Assembly: GCA_012295275.1 (NCBI GenBank)
Contig: CM022672.1
Location: 9,858,001-9,922,000 of the forward strand
Source: Chrysomallon squamiferum
Lineage: Eukaryota; Animalia; Mollusca
Direction of reading: 5' to 3'
Length of the DNA: 64,000 bases
A model generated the notes under the pieces. That model searched no databases, was not told the origin of the DNA, and worked only from the letters and a program-made list of their open reading frames with translations. Positions 14,087-29,832 of the stretch are shown here, in pieces. The number at the start of each line of letters is the position of its first letter. Within the stretch, counting starts at the first letter, position 1. The translations under genes were made by a program, and so were the position numbers.

Positions 14087-15028
14087 TAACAAATAAACAC
14101 ATATTCTCTTCTTTTTTTTTATAACTAGTTTTCAACATAAATGTGGTTGTGAAACAAAGCAGAAATATATCACTGAAGAAAGAAGCCAACAGTTAATGTT
14201 TTCCTCATTTTGTAATCTGCAGAACAAAATCTGACAGGAGAATTACATATCAGTTATAACATATTTCTTCTCAAATAAAGAATAATAATTACATGTTTAA
14301 AATATCAGAAAAAACCTCAAAGTTTTGTTTTAGAAATCTTACTTTTGAAAGGGACATGTTCAAGTTTTCACGGAAATATATACAAGATGTTTAAAAGATA
14401 TGTGCTCAACATTTCATTCAAATACAAAGAACATAGGGCATAGCTTACATTCATAATGCAAATATCACTGATTCATTACTTATTAATTTATATAATCTGT
14501 TTATATATATATATTATTTTATTTATTTATTTATTTATTTATTTATTTTAAAGAAATTAAACATCACTCAGAACCATCACTACAATAAGTTTCTAACATT
14601 TACATTTTTAATTTCTCATTTTTGGCTTGAACTCTATTTCATGTTGCTATGAGATGATAAACTGCATCTGATATGTAAAGTAAATCTAAGAAAAAACAAA
14701 AAATAAAAAATAAATATTTATAAAATTATTTTCTTATGCTTGAGCTATTCAGAAATTATTCAGTAATATTTTAGCTATGAAGAAAAATACATTATATGTA
14801 GCCAGAATACATTATTTTAAATAATTTAAATAAATTAGTGTGTGCATGTGTGTGTGTGTGTGTGTATGTTTGTCTGTGTGAGAATTAATTATGTTACAGC
14901 AAAATATAAATATATATGTATATATATATATGTATGTATGTATGTATATATATATTTGGTACTAAATATACCATATCTGAATTATGTGTAAATACTGTGT
15001 ATGTGAGTGTGTGTGTGTGTCTGTTTGT

Positions 15029-15081
<53 letters not shown>

Positions 15082-16024
15082 TGGAAAGTAGAAGGTTTAT
15101 ACACACATATAAACACAAATAAAGATGCACAAGATACAAATATACTATAGAACCCCCACACATACAATAAAAAATCCACAAACACATTTATTTAATAAAA
15201 TATGAGCACACAAAATATTTATCACATACACAACAATGTTCTGCTTGAATTATGAAAGTTGAGATTTTGCATTTAGATTGTTGCTTTGAACCTCTATGCA
15301 AGGATGATGCATTTTCTGTTGTCTTTCTTTTGTTAACTCAGATATCAAGCTATGTCGGCTTGACAAATATGGAATTAAATTTTTGCCTGATATTATTTTG
15401 TTTTAATCTTTGTTATAAAATATAACCATAGCTCTTTTGATTTATGTATTGTATTAAATAAATATTTTAAAACAGTAAGCACACTGATATATCCACAAAT
15501 GTTTATCTATGTACATGAGAGACAAATATGTTCATACATATAGTTAACATCTTTCTCAATACACGACATTGTGTTCATTTTCCTCTAATTATCTTTAATA
15601 TCACCTTTACTGCTACTATTACTACTACTACTCCTCCTCCTCCTTCTGCTGCTACTACTACTACTACTACTACAACCACTATTATTAACTCTGACAAATT
15701 GTTCCATACCAGTTCCACCATTTATTTATAGTGAAACTAAAGCACATAAGTAACACTCATGTAAATAGGTGGCATGGAGAAAAACTAGCTGGAAATGAAA
15801 TGTGTTATAACTATGAAGCTCTTTTTCAGTTTTCTTTTTTCCTTCTCTTAAATATACAGAATAATATATACTCATTGTCTCTGTTTCTATATCTTTATTT
15901 TTGTCACACCTTCTTTTGTTTTCCTTCTTTTTCTTCTCTCTTAATCTCTTGCTCTCTCAATCAATTTCTTTTTTCTCTGTCCTTCTCTTTCTTTCAACTT
16001 CTGCCCCTCTCTCTTTCTTTCTCT

Positions 16025-16110
<86 letters not shown>

Positions 16111-16523
16111 AAACAGATATAAATCCATTATTACCACAAATGCCATGCTTTATGCACATTTAATTAGTGTAACAACAGGATGAAGTCAGGAAACAAAAAG
16201 ATCTGAGACAGAATACTGACTTGATCTCATCATCAAAAGATTCAATGGGAAGAAATTGACAATAAAGGGTTAAAAGCTGTCAGATTTGGGGTTAAAGACT
16301 GACAGGGACAGGGTTAAACAGATTGAGGACTAGAGAAGATAATGAACAGATTTTTCATATTTAGATGTTGACACTGACAGACAGACATACACTCCATTAA
16401 TATCAGCTTGAACATCATAAACCAGATATTACAGAATGTGACAAAAACAGTTACATTTTAATACAAGAAATAACATACCTTTATAATACTTGACTGGTAA
16501 ATGATTATGATTATTCAATATAT

Positions 16524-16577
<54 letters not shown>

Positions 16578-16872
16578 GTTCTCTAAATAATTACTAATCT
16601 CTTAAGATATTTTAAGAAGTATTAATTTATTATTATATTTATTATTATTATTATTTTATTCTACAATATTATTAAACCATTTATTCATTTAATTTTTAAT
16701 TTTCAATTATTTTTTAAATATGATATTCATTATCATTAGACCATTAATTCCCTAAACTATTTTAGAGATTGGTATTATGATTTTCAAACATTATGCATTT
16801 TTTTGGTCATTTTTGGAATTTTTAAACAAATATTTAGTAATGTTTGCAAAATACAACATATTAAATTAATAA

Positions 16873-16910
<38 letters not shown>

Positions 16911-18761
16911 ATACTATTTCTGACATATAGTTTAAACCAGATTTTCACTTTGAACCTTTTGAACCACACACATTTTCTACTGATATAAACAATATATTTT
17001 TTAAAACTAAATCTTCTTTTTTTAACAAACATTAAAATAACCACACACATTTTACAGATTAAGAATAAAACATATGGCAAACTTGACACATCTAAGATTA
17101 ACCTATCTCTATATATGATCCATAGAAAAAAACACCCAAAATAACACACACATTTCCCAGTTCAATTACTGCCTGTAATCTGAGGTGAAAAGAAAACAGA
17201 CATGCTGAGATATCTTGATCTTCTTCATCTTGAATACTTGTATACTTACTTCCACATGTTCTCTAATAGTCTTATCTTACAACAAGGAAAACACATGAAA
17301 ATATACAGGAGTTCATCTTTGAGGAGTGATCAAAAAATTAGTTATATTACATGGTGGTTTGAAAAGAAAAAATCTTCATTGGATAAAGAGAGTTGTGATA
17401 ATGTGTAGCAAAATTCGTTTAACAAATAATCTCACACATAGACATACTTACTTACATAAATACATTCATATATATTATAAACATGTAGATAGTTACATAT
17501 ACACAGACATACATATAAACATACATACATATAGACATTCACACAAGCACAAGAACACACACATAAGTGAATAAATAATTTTGTAATACTACCAAAAATT
17601 TTTTTGGTTTCCAGCAGGAATGCCTTTATATTATATTTTAGTTTATTATTTATTTTCTTGATAAATTGTAATCTTAAGATTAAAAAATTATTATCATTAA
17701 TACAAACTTATATATCTATTCTATTATTTTAATTGCTATTTTAAATTTTTTATTTAAAAGCTAATGTTATTTATTTGTTTTTTTGTTTATTTATTTATAT
17801 ACTTTCAATATACATATTTCTTTTTAATTCGAATGTTCATTTTATTTATTTATTTTGACCTTATAGAGATAACAGTTTTTAACTTTTAAATTTAAATTTT
17901 GTATTATTTATTAATTCTGTTTATTAATTCTATTTATTAATTTAATTATTTATAAAGTTCAGCTTTAAAATTACTTTCACAGTTATGATGCAAAATTCAT
18001 GATAGACATATTTGTCAAAAAGTGGACTATTCTTACAAAGTAGCATCAATGGATGATCTAAATATGCCTTCCTATTAACAATACAATTTAAAACCAAATG
18101 TACATACTGGTTGGTATGGAAGAAAAATATCAAAGGATACACCACTAAGGATAGATCCTGTAGCATGTAACACTGAATCCACCACTCTAACATGTATCAG
18201 TTTCCAATAAACATCCACAACAACATTCTACTAGTCTAACACAATTTCGTGCATAATTTAAGCAATAGCATTAAAAGCCGTCATCCATATTCTCCGGGTT
18301 AGGGAAGTTAATCACCAAAGAAAATAATAAAAATGAGTTGAGATTGCACTTGTCTTTGTTTTATTTACTGCTTGAAATACACTTTTAACAGCAAAAATCA
18401 TTGCCATGGTCATAAGACTACTTTATTGTGATCATAAAATAACCATGTGTATGTGACCCTCATGCAAATAGGTGGCACAGAGAAAAACTAGCTGAAAACG
18501 AAATGTGTTATAATTATGAAGCTCTTTTTCAATTTTCTTTATTTCTTCTCTTAATGGATGGACTAATGTTTAAAATGGTTGTTAAGAAAATAAAAATAAA
18601 ATTGAGGTAGAAGGAATGATTAAACAGAAATGTGGATTGAAAAACTAAAGATGAAATTAAAATTACTGAAAATAAAGAAAACAGAGTTGAATACATTTTT
18701 TCTTTTTTTTTAAACACTTCACCCAGCAATTGACAGAACACACACACACACACCAACACAT

Positions 18762-18798
<37 letters not shown>

Positions 18799-18993
18799 AA
18801 CACATGCACACATACACACGCTCACAACATATACAGGAACAACTAAACAAATATTTTTTATTTTATTTGTTCTGTGAGTAGCAGGACATTTTTAAAATGA
18901 ATGGTGTCTTTTCTGTTAAAATAATAACTAGAAAATAATAATAATAATAATAATAATAATAATTAATAATAATAATAATAATAAAAAATTAAA

Positions 18994-19027
<34 letters not shown>

Positions 19028-21553
19028 AAAATGAATAAATAAAATAAAATAAAATAATAATAATGAATAATTAAATAAATAAATATATAAATAAATAATA
19101 AAATGAATAAATAAAATAAAATAAAATAAAAAGTAAAAGTTTTATTCTAGGTCACAAAAAAAAAAAAAAAAATTAAAATTGAATCCGATAAAGAAAAAAA
19201 AAATAACCAACAATAAAAACAGCATAAATGTTAACAGACTTAATTCCACAAGACAAGTAAAAGCGAAGTAAATCTTTTAAGTTGCATTTAATAAAGGTAA
19301 CAAACTGAAGCAGTGCTCTGCCAATAGGAACATGGCTCTGTGCATTATGTTCACAGCTTCACTGCACAAGCAAATCCACTTTTTCACATTGAGAAAATTC
19401 AATATGGTATTTTTTCACTCTTTTTTTTTTTTTTTTTTTTTTTTTGAATGATTCCAAACACTTTCTGCATTGTTGTGGCAATTTCTGAAATGAATCCTTT
19501 CAGGTTAATCTGAGTGTAATACAAAAATATTGTAAACTTTTTCAAAACGAATAATCAACTGAATAAAGAAATAAGTAAATAAGTATGTAAATAAATAAAT
19601 ACAAATAAATAAATAAACAAATAAATAAATAAATAAACAATCATAAATAGACCAACAAATAAATGAACGAAAAACAATAAAAATAATAAATACAAAAAAT
19701 AGAAGAACAAACACTGAAAGTAAATAAAAAGCATACATAAATGTTAATTTTATTTAAGAGGTGAAAAAAGTATAGATTATTAAATTATTATACATTTTTG
19801 TAAGTGAATAAAAATATGAAGATATGTAAAAGTAACTAACTGAATAATAATTTTTTTTTTTTAATAATAATAGGACAATAAATCACTAGTTGAATGAAAA
19901 AAAAAATATGAATAAATGAATGGATGCAACAATATATGGATGGATGAATGTACAGATACAAGAATGGATAGTTGGACAAATTAACAGATATATGAATTAA
20001 CGAATGGCTTATATAATAAACATTTAATTAGGCTATTAGGCTCAAATGCAATAAATTATCAAATGGATACAAAATGGATGGATGGATGACAGATAGATAG
20101 AAGGATAATAGAATGAATGATTGAAGACAGCTAGATGAGTGAAAGAACAGTTGAAGACGAATGGAGGGATGGATGGATCTGAATTCTTGTACTAACGGAA
20201 TTCACTTAAACAATCATGTGATTTGCTTCAGTGATGGTAACAAATGACTTTTAGGACAGACGTATTTGACTGATGGTGTTCAGACTGATGGATGGAAGGA
20301 CTGACAGAAAACAATACACTGGTGGGTTGTTGCTAGTGGTAAAAGAAGATTATCAAGTCAGTGACTGGATAGCTAGGCAGCCAGGTGTGTAAACAGAGAA
20401 ACAAAAGTGAGACAGAGTAGTTTACAAATACATTTGAAAAATGAATGGCAAGGAATGTGTGATGAAGTTTATATTTGTTAGCAATGCATTTTTATGTGTT
20501 CTGTGTATTTTGCTGTTTTATACATTAGTGTATATATGAGTTGTATGTGTAATACATGTGTATGTGTTAATTTGTATTGTGTCTGTTAAATGCTTTTGTG
20601 CATCTGATATATGTATTTGAGTGTGTGTTTGTGAACAGTTATAATGTTAATACATTGTGGTATGTGCAAGTGCAAAGTTTCACACATCTTTTATTTTTAT
20701 TATTTCTATCAAGTGTGAAACAATAAGTAGTTTGAAATTTTATTCTCTCATTTCATCACAAGGGTGAAAACAGCAGGTACCCAAAGGCCAAAGGTTTTGG
20801 TCCTAACTGTAAACAAAGCAACTACTTCTTCCAGTTTTCATGTACATGTGACAACCAGATGCAATAAAAACCTTTTCCCCAAGTAGTCAACAATTTTCCA
20901 ATTTAGCAGAGACAGAAATCGTCAATCGAGAATCTCTCGACGCTCATCCTGTGAAAGTTCTAATTGCAATTTTTCATATCTCGTCTGGCCTAATTGTTAG
21001 CCTGCAGGGTCAGGTCCATCTTCCCTGCAACCCACTTTAAGTAAGTGCAGTTATTCCACTCAACTGCAAATTGTATCCCAGCTCGAGGGTAGCGGGATGA
21101 ATGAAGGTATATACTGTTGTTGAGAAAGAAGATGCATGTCTAACTAACATTATTGGATTGTCCTGATACAAATTAAAATGAAGACGGCAAGTCTGTCTGT
21201 GTTACACAGGTCATCATCAATGTATCATTATGTTTCGGGGCCTTAGGTTAGGTTATGGAAAGATGGGTGGACAGTTGGATAGGTGATGATTATATAGGTG
21301 GATCAGTGGATAGATGAGGAAATCAGTAAGTGTATGGACAGATCCAGATGGATGGATGGATGGATGGCTAGATAGCCAAAGAATGGATTTATAGAGAGAT
21401 GGGAGGATGGAAGGATGAATGGATGAACAGAAGAAAGAAAAGATGGATGTATTATACCACCGTATAAACAGATAAATGGTTTGGTAAATGGATGAGTCAC
21501 TGGATGTATAAATATACTGATAACTGGGTGGATGGTTGGATGAACAAGATGAC

Positions 21554-21599
<46 letters not shown>

Positions 21600-24500
21600 G
21601 TTCCTAAAATATATTATACATCAAATCAGCCATGGATCAACCTTTTATCTTAACAAACACACTTAGAATTTGTTTAGAATTTATCTTCAGTTCAGTAAAT
21701 AACAGAGAGAGATACAAATTAGTTATTATGACATTAACCTGGACACTAAGAAACAGGGAAGTTGCATGTTTTCTAGTATCTTCGATCATCATTCAAAACA
21801 AACCAATGCAATAACAGTAAAGCCCGATTACTGCCAAATTATGATGTCACATTCACAACTTCAATTTATATTGATTTCTGTTTAATGCTGGGAACAATAC
21901 AATGAATCCACTGATGGAAGAGTCTGTAGAATAAAAACAGTCATGCAATCTGGCCTGATGGTTGTGTGGTATCTCAGAGACTAACAGCATTATGTTGTCT
22001 GTAATGTTGATTGTACAAATTGTGTTAGTTGTTATGGTTTGTGTTTGTTGTTCAGTGTAGAAGTGATTGAGTTTATCTGTGGCATGTATATTTTATTGAT
22101 GAGATGATTAATTAAAAAAGATGTAAATGTTTAAGCTATTTTTTGCATCATATAAATATTACATTTCTTCTGAATTTAGCTCAGCATCATTTGAATTATT
22201 TTTTAGTAACAGTATGAGTACTTCTAGTAGTAGAAGTAGTAGTAGAAGTAGTAGTAGTAGTTGTTGTTGTTGTAATATTAGCATAGCAGTGGTGGTATTG
22301 GAGGTGATAATGGTACTGATAATGATAATGGTAGTGTAGTAGTAGTAGTAGCAGCAGCAGCAGTTGTTGTTGTTGTTGTAATAATGGTAATAACAATATT
22401 TTTCCTAAAACTGTAAGAACAAAACAAACAAAAAATTACAACAAAAAAGAAAATTGTATTGATAATCTGACATATTTCCATTTAATTTGGGAGTTTTGAG
22501 ATTAAAATGTGTCACTGTGTATGTGTCAGTGTTTGGGTGAATGTAAGCAAGAATATATTTATGATTCTTATGAAATTCTGAATTAGAATAAAGTAATTAA
22601 AAAGGAACAGATTTCTTAAAGGAAGGACATTAATTAATAAATAAACATTACCTGCTACTTAAATATAAACTGAACACCAAAACAAAAGTCTCCTAATATG
22701 TTTTTATCACAAATCTTGAATCTAAACATGTACGATAAACTATGAAGCTTTTCAAATTTGAATGCATTTCCACATTTTATATGAACATCAAAGAGAAAAA
22801 CATATCAAACTTAGGCAACAGTTTCTTAAGACTGGGACATTAGACTTATCAGCTTTTCCAGGACAGTTGGCTTTCCGTGCAGGACAAGTAGATAATCCTG
22901 ACTGCTTGTCTAAAGATCATGTAATTATATGAAGGTGGGAAGGTTTTTTGGGACAAGTATATTGTACTGGGTCAAGTGTGGATTCATGGGGTTCATTCTG
23001 TTTGTCTGCATGTGTGTCTCTGTGTGTGTCTGTTTGTGTATGTGTGTGTAAGTGCACATGCATGCCCACTGCCAATCATATACCAGAAATGTGGTTGATC
23101 AAATGTTCGAAACACCCTATTAGACTGAGGATATCATTACTGAGAAAAGATTTACTCAGTTTGTCTAGATTATTTTAATACTGGAATTAACAAATGACAT
23201 GATAAAATATTAGTCACCATGGATCCTCAGAAACTGTTACTTTAATTATACTTTATTATTAACAAAGACTTATCTCAATAAAATTTAGTTTACAAATAAT
23301 ATGTAACATACAAAATGTATTTATGTAATTTTTTTTTTTTTTTACACAAAAATTATTTACACAATTTGTTTCAGTTATACTTCATTATTAAACAATACTA
23401 GCCTCTGGTAAAATGTTTCTAAAACAACACAGAATATTCTATATATACTATAGGTAAAAACAAATCTGCAATATACTGTATATGTTTAATGTGTTCACAT
23501 GAAAAAATGTACATGATAGCATTCAAACAAGACAGACAAAAAAAAAAAAAGCTCAGTCAATCATTATAGACTACCTATTAAATATCAGATGCTGTAAAAA
23601 CAATTGGTTTGGGTGGAGTTATGTAGTGAAGACATATATATGTTTTATGTAATGTTTCCACACAAAAGAAGGCACATTATAATATTCACACAAAATGGTG
23701 AACAAAAGTTTTCTAAGTTAATCATTATAGACAACCACTGGAATACAAGATGATGCGAAAAAAACTGGTTTGAATAGAGAAAACATATATTATTATATAT
23801 GTCTTTTTAAAAAAGAAAAAACAGAAAAGCATCTTCCTAATTCAATGAAGATAGGACACAGTTAAACTGCTGTAGAAATATTAGGAATTAAGAAAGCAAC
23901 AGGTTTGGATTTTGAATTCTATTGAAAAAAAACGGCAGGAACTTAGCTGTCAACCCAATATAATGAAGACAAATATTGCAATATATGTTTAAAAGAAATA
24001 AAAAAATACAACCCCAAATCAAGTCCATAATGTCAGTGAACAGGGGAAATGGTTAAACTGCTGTAGAAATATTGTAAGATATGAAAGCAACTGGTTTAGA
24101 TTTTGGAATCCTATAGTGAAGACATATATTATATGTTGAAAAAACAACAACACAACAACAACCGTAAGTCATTTAACATTTTGTTGGAATACTGAATGAT
24201 GTAAAAGCAATTGGCTTCAATGGAATGCCATAGTGAGGACATAAACAAGATCTGTAAACTAGACAGTGACATGCAGGGTCAGATCTTCCTGTCCAGGCAA
24301 CATTTATACGTCTGCACAATTAAGATTTGAATGAGACAGCATTATTCAGTGAGCTGGAAATAAAAATTATCGTTGGTGAGATAGCCATAAACACACAAAT
24401 GGAGGGGTCTAATGAAGGGTGTAAGTAGATAACCATGGCCAAACCAGCCATAAAGAACTAAATATAACCATGTAACATGAGATCAATTGTGTTTTAGTTC

Positions 24501-26669
24501 ATTGTTCAGTATCGGTGAAAACTAATGAATAAAAACACAGATTAAACAAAAGAGAAAGATAAAAAAGGCTTTTATTTTTCATGAACTGGATTAGAAAAGC
24601 AAAAATAAGCCAGCATTTTTTATTTTTTTTTAAATTTGAAAAACAGAATAGAAAAAAAAAGAAGGTATTCTAGTTCAGTGTGCAGTATTCGTGAAAGGTG
24701 ACAAATTAAACAGATTAAACAAAAGAGAATTATGTGAATTAAATAATATATAAATGAAATTAATGGGGTTTTATATAATATTAAACTCATTTGAAATAAA
24801 GACAAGAAAAAACTTTTTTTTTGTCCTTGTAATATTAATGAAAAGTTGTTAATAAATATACAGATTAAACAAAGGAATATTTTTATTTCTGTGAATTAAA
24901 TAAATAACAAATACTGATATAAGAAGAATGCAGATTATAAAAGAGAAAAGTAAAACGAATATGTAATATAATAAATACTAAGCTGAGCTGAAATTATAAA
25001 TTCAGACAAGAACAACGTATACTGATTATATTGTGTTCTACTGAACAACATCTGAAGATTTTAATAAAATTATTTCAGTTGGTTAAAAAAGTTGGCAAAA
25101 TTCTTTTAAAGCTACATACTCTATTTTACTCTATTTTACAAACATTTATATTACTAACAAAAAATAAAAAGATGCTAATTTTGTTTTTTAATTTGTAATT
25201 ATCCAGTTTTTCGGAAGCAGATCATGATTAGTTGTTTTTTTTAATTATGAATACTAAAATGTAAGAACTTTTTTTTTTTTAGATGTTTGCCTATAACCAA
25301 CAGCAAAAAAGAAAAATGCAGTAACAAAAATAAAAAGATTAAAAATATTCTGTCAGTGTTGTATTATGACAGCAAAATGAAAGATAATCTCCAGTTATTA
25401 TTATTTTTTCTTAAATTTATTTTTATACCCGCAGGTGAAAAATGAAATGTACAGTAAGAGCAGAAAATACCAGCAAGACAAAATAATGTTGTCAGCCATT
25501 TTCATATTTTAAACTGAATCTATGTTAGTAAATAAAATATTTGTGATGTAATTAACCTACATAATAACAAGTAATAGTGGTAGTAGTAGTGGTAGTAGCA
25601 GCAGTAGAAAATAAATAATAATAATCACAATTATGATGGTGATGATGATAATGATGATCTTGTTGATGATGATAATAATCTGCTGATAATGATTATGATG
25701 ATGATAAATAAATGAAAATAAAAAATTACAACAATAATAGTAATCACAACTTATAATTACAACACACAACAATCATAATTACTGAGAAATAGAGAAACGA
25801 CAACAAAAACCAATAAAAAAAAAAAAATAAAAAAAAAATAAAAGAACAATAACTGTAATAAACAATAGCAAAAATAATATCAGCAGTCACAATAATTCCA
25901 CAGAAATAAGTGGAAAAATAGTACTAACATAAGTAATACTAATAACAATAATAAATGCACAGAAATATGGAAAAAAACATCAACGATAAAAACAAGCAAC
26001 ATCTCTATAATAATAATGCTGTAACAGTAACAGAAACAACAGTAATTACAACAGTAATTACAACAACATCAACAACAATAATAGCCACAACAAATAACAT
26101 AAACAGTAATAATAATTTGGAAAAAGTCAATGATAGTAATAACAAACAAACAAAAAATAAAAAATAAAAAATAAGAAAAAACAACAGCAGCAGTAACAAC
26201 AATAATTAACAGAAACACATAAAACACCGACAACAACCACAAACAACAACAACAACTACAAAATAAAAACAACAGTAAATCAAGCAATGCTAAAAGCCAA
26301 ACTAAGTAACTTATACAAAGTTATCAGAAGAATTAGTTTAGTAAAGTCCGAACACTATCTGCCAGACTTAGTGTAAATGTGACAAGTTAAGTAGCAAAGA
26401 ATGTGAAGATTTATTCCACTTTGTTAAACGATCCTTGCAATATCTTGTCAGTCATAACAAACCAACAGCAGAATGTTCACAAAGCTTGCTCGGGTTTGAG
26501 GAGGAAAGTTTAAACAAGGTAATACTGCAAGCAGGCTGTTGAGAAGTAGTGTGTTTTTTATTTACACAACTCAGACATCAAGATTGTTTGGTTTTTAAAA
26601 AAAAAAAAAAAAGTGTTAAATTATTCTTAATGTACTTGTTTTAATTATATATTTTAATCTGGCTGCAAG

Positions 26670-27090
26670 ACATCAGATGTGTGGTTTATATGATACCAAA
26701 CGTGTAGGTAGCTATGTGGCTTAAAATGTACGGGTTATATGACATAAAACATATAGTTACATGGCATCAAATCTACTGTTATATAGCATAAAAAAGATGG
26801 TTATGTGACATCAAATATGTTGTTATATGGTATCAAATATAAAAATATTTTGGCATCAAATGTGTGGTTATAAAACACATAATTATGATTATATGCAATC
26901 AAACATACTATTATATAGCATTAATGTAGAATTATATGGCATCAAAAGTGTGGTTATATGGCATAAAATGTACAATTATATGGCATCAAACATACAATTA
27001 TTTGGGATGAAGTGTGTGGTTATGATCCATCAATTATGGTTTCATGGCATCAAATGTATGGTTAAACGGTATAAACAATTTGGTTAATGC
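26670..27090. repeat. Degenerate ~21-22-bp minisatellite
   Basis: Recurring GGTTATATGGCATCAAATGTGT-like units. Confidence 0.75.
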
Positions 27091-29719
27091 CCACAAAACA
27101 CAGGTTACACTTTCTGAATTAGCAAAAAGGTTACTTTCTTTTAAAGAATCTTCTCACAGATAAGAAATAATATACAGCACAGATGAATGAAGGAGTCCAT
27201 ATTGAAGCTGGAATAACATTAAAAAGTGTATTCTCAGCTTTAAGATTGAAGATTTATTCTTGGTATGAGCACTGGTTGCTGCTACTGAACATATTTGGAA
27301 TGTGCTGAAATTGTTAATAAAAAATATCAAGCTTTTTTCCCTCAACACATGTTCATTTGTAGCCCATTGCTGTCCCTGTTAATGTTGTTGTTGAAAAACT
27401 TGCTGTCAGAAATGACTGGTAAGAATTCATGAAATATGGCAGCATTATGAAACTGCTCAACAATATCATTGTTTCTAGTGCAACTGAAATAAAACATGTT
27501 TTTCTCAGGATGTTTATTATTATTTTTGTTAAATTACAAGTCTGCTAACAATTTATCTGGTTATTAGATAGTGTAACAAACCTGAAATGGTTCTGTTGGG
27601 TTTTTATTAATGTTTGTTTATATATTTTTATTTCTGACCAAAAAATAGAAGTCCTTCTATCTGAAGCAAACAATAATATAGAAATAAAAAGATATTAAAT
27701 CTTAAAAAACAATATTTTAAAAATGTTATATATTTGATGATTATTAAAAATACACTGTTCTGTCATTAGATGCATCTCTAATTTTTTCTCTTTTCTTTTA
27801 CTAACAATATTATTAGTAATACTAGTAATTATAAAGCAGCAGAAGATATCAGCTGTAGTGCTAGTACTACATATATTTGTAATGGACTTTTTATTTTTAC
27901 TGAATACAAACTGCTCCATTATTGGTTTTATTAAATCTTTTTCTTTTATCTTACTGAGTGTTACAAATGGATACTCTGATTTATCCATGGAATTCAAAAT
28001 AAGGGGTGTGCAGAAAATGCTTCTCCCTGGTAAAGAAAGGTTAGTAATAAGCTATGATAGGAAATGGGAAATTGTACCAGCATGGTGCAAATTTAATCTG
28101 AGTGTAAAAGTAACCAGTTGGGAAATCAGTGGTTAAAAATGTTACAAAATGTTAGGTAAGTGGAAGTAGGAGATTGTCTATTTAAATATAAATTGGCTTA
28201 TTATGGTTGTTTTTTGTTCTTGTTTTTTTTAGGGGGAGGGTTATGTTTTTTTTTTTACATTTTAGATTTTAGAATTGTTTTTATATGTTTATTAAATAAA
28301 ATTAGCTTATTAATAACAGATGAATGACTATGAATGTTAAATGATGAATAAAATGAATAAATAAATGAATTAATTAATTAATAAGTGAATGGATCAGTGA
28401 ATCAATGAACAAAATGAGTGAATGAGTTGATGAATGAATGAACAAATAAATGAGTGAATGAATGGATTACTAAATTTAGACAACTGAATGAAGAGATGAA
28501 TTACTGAATCAAACAAGCAATAAATGGATGAGTTAGTTAATGAATAAATGAAAGAATAAATGACTGAATAAATGAATAAAGAAGTGAATAAGTGAATGAA
28601 TGAACCATGAATAAATGTATGAATGAAGCTATGAACCAAGAATGAAAGTAGGAATGAATGAAGGAAAGTAGACAACATGCAGACATATTTTATCAATAAA
28701 ATGTTATCATGGTGTAAAACATATGGCTGTTAGTAATGATGATATTAGAAAGTGAAACTGTTGCCATCTAACACCATATGTTACTGGCAAGATCATTTTA
28801 ATATGCATCTTCCACAAACAGGAAAGTACTTATCATGATTTGATAAAGCTGCTGTGCAGTGCTGGTTATAATCAAAAGCACAACATTAATAACACAAACA
28901 GTAATAAATATAATAACAGTAATAACAGTAACATTTTTTGATTTATTATTTATATTATTCAAATTATTCATATTATTATTATTTATAATAATGGACATAA
29001 ACAATACAATAGTCAAGTCAAAATAAAAAGTATGATAACGGAGCTAACAATTAAAACAAATAAATTAATAACTTAAATTTTGTTTCTTATTGTCCTTTTT
29101 CACTAAACACTACAACGATAAACAGTATAATAATTAAGTTAATGTAAACTGTACAATAATTACATTAACATACACAGTGTAATAATTAAATTAAATTAAA
29201 CAGCATAATAACACAAACAGCCAAAAAACCCAGTTAATTTAAATATTTCTTTTCCTTCTATCTTCCCCCTGACCACCTTTACCAAACATAATTAAATATT
29301 TTGTATCACGTTCTCTAACTGCTGGCACCAGAGAAAGTCAATACGAGACTATTTATCAGTGTAATGATAATAAGTAACAGTAAATGACTGTTTGAAGTAA
29401 CATGTGTACCAAGATCAATGCAGCAGCTGGACACATCAGCTTTATCAACTCCACTGGTAAATTGTCAGTGGTGAATGGAGACCACTACACACTTCTAAGT
29501 GTTGTGACATAAGTAACATCTAATAGCCTCATTTTTCACACCGGTTTGAAAGCATGCTGTCAGATTATTAAAGATTTGCTGTGGAAACAGATTCTGTGGG
29601 TAAACACATATGTAGATACGTACATGCATACATAGATATACACAAACATGCATACACCTAATCATACATACATACATACAAACGCACACATACACACATA
29701 CTCATACCAGCACATACAC

Positions 29720-29832
29720 TTTTGAAGAAAACCAATATCTATATTATCCATAAAACACAGATAAAAGAAAACTAATATCTGTATTATCACACAAACACAG
29801 ATAAAAGAAAACCAATATCTGTATTATCACAT
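29720..29832. repeat. Short ~40-bp tandem repeat, 3 copies
   Basis: AGAAAACCAATATCTGTATTATCAC..AAACACAGATAAA repeated. Confidence 0.75.

Noticed and set aside
16260-16320. Three GGGTTAAA words within 60 bp (possible factor-binding cluster or telomere-like repeat)
   Set aside because: Not tandem TTAGGG, and three short words give no independent support for function.
22830-22980. Repeated GGACAAGT words suggesting a DNA-transposon remnant
   Set aside because: No termini or TSD could be identified, so it is too weak to call.
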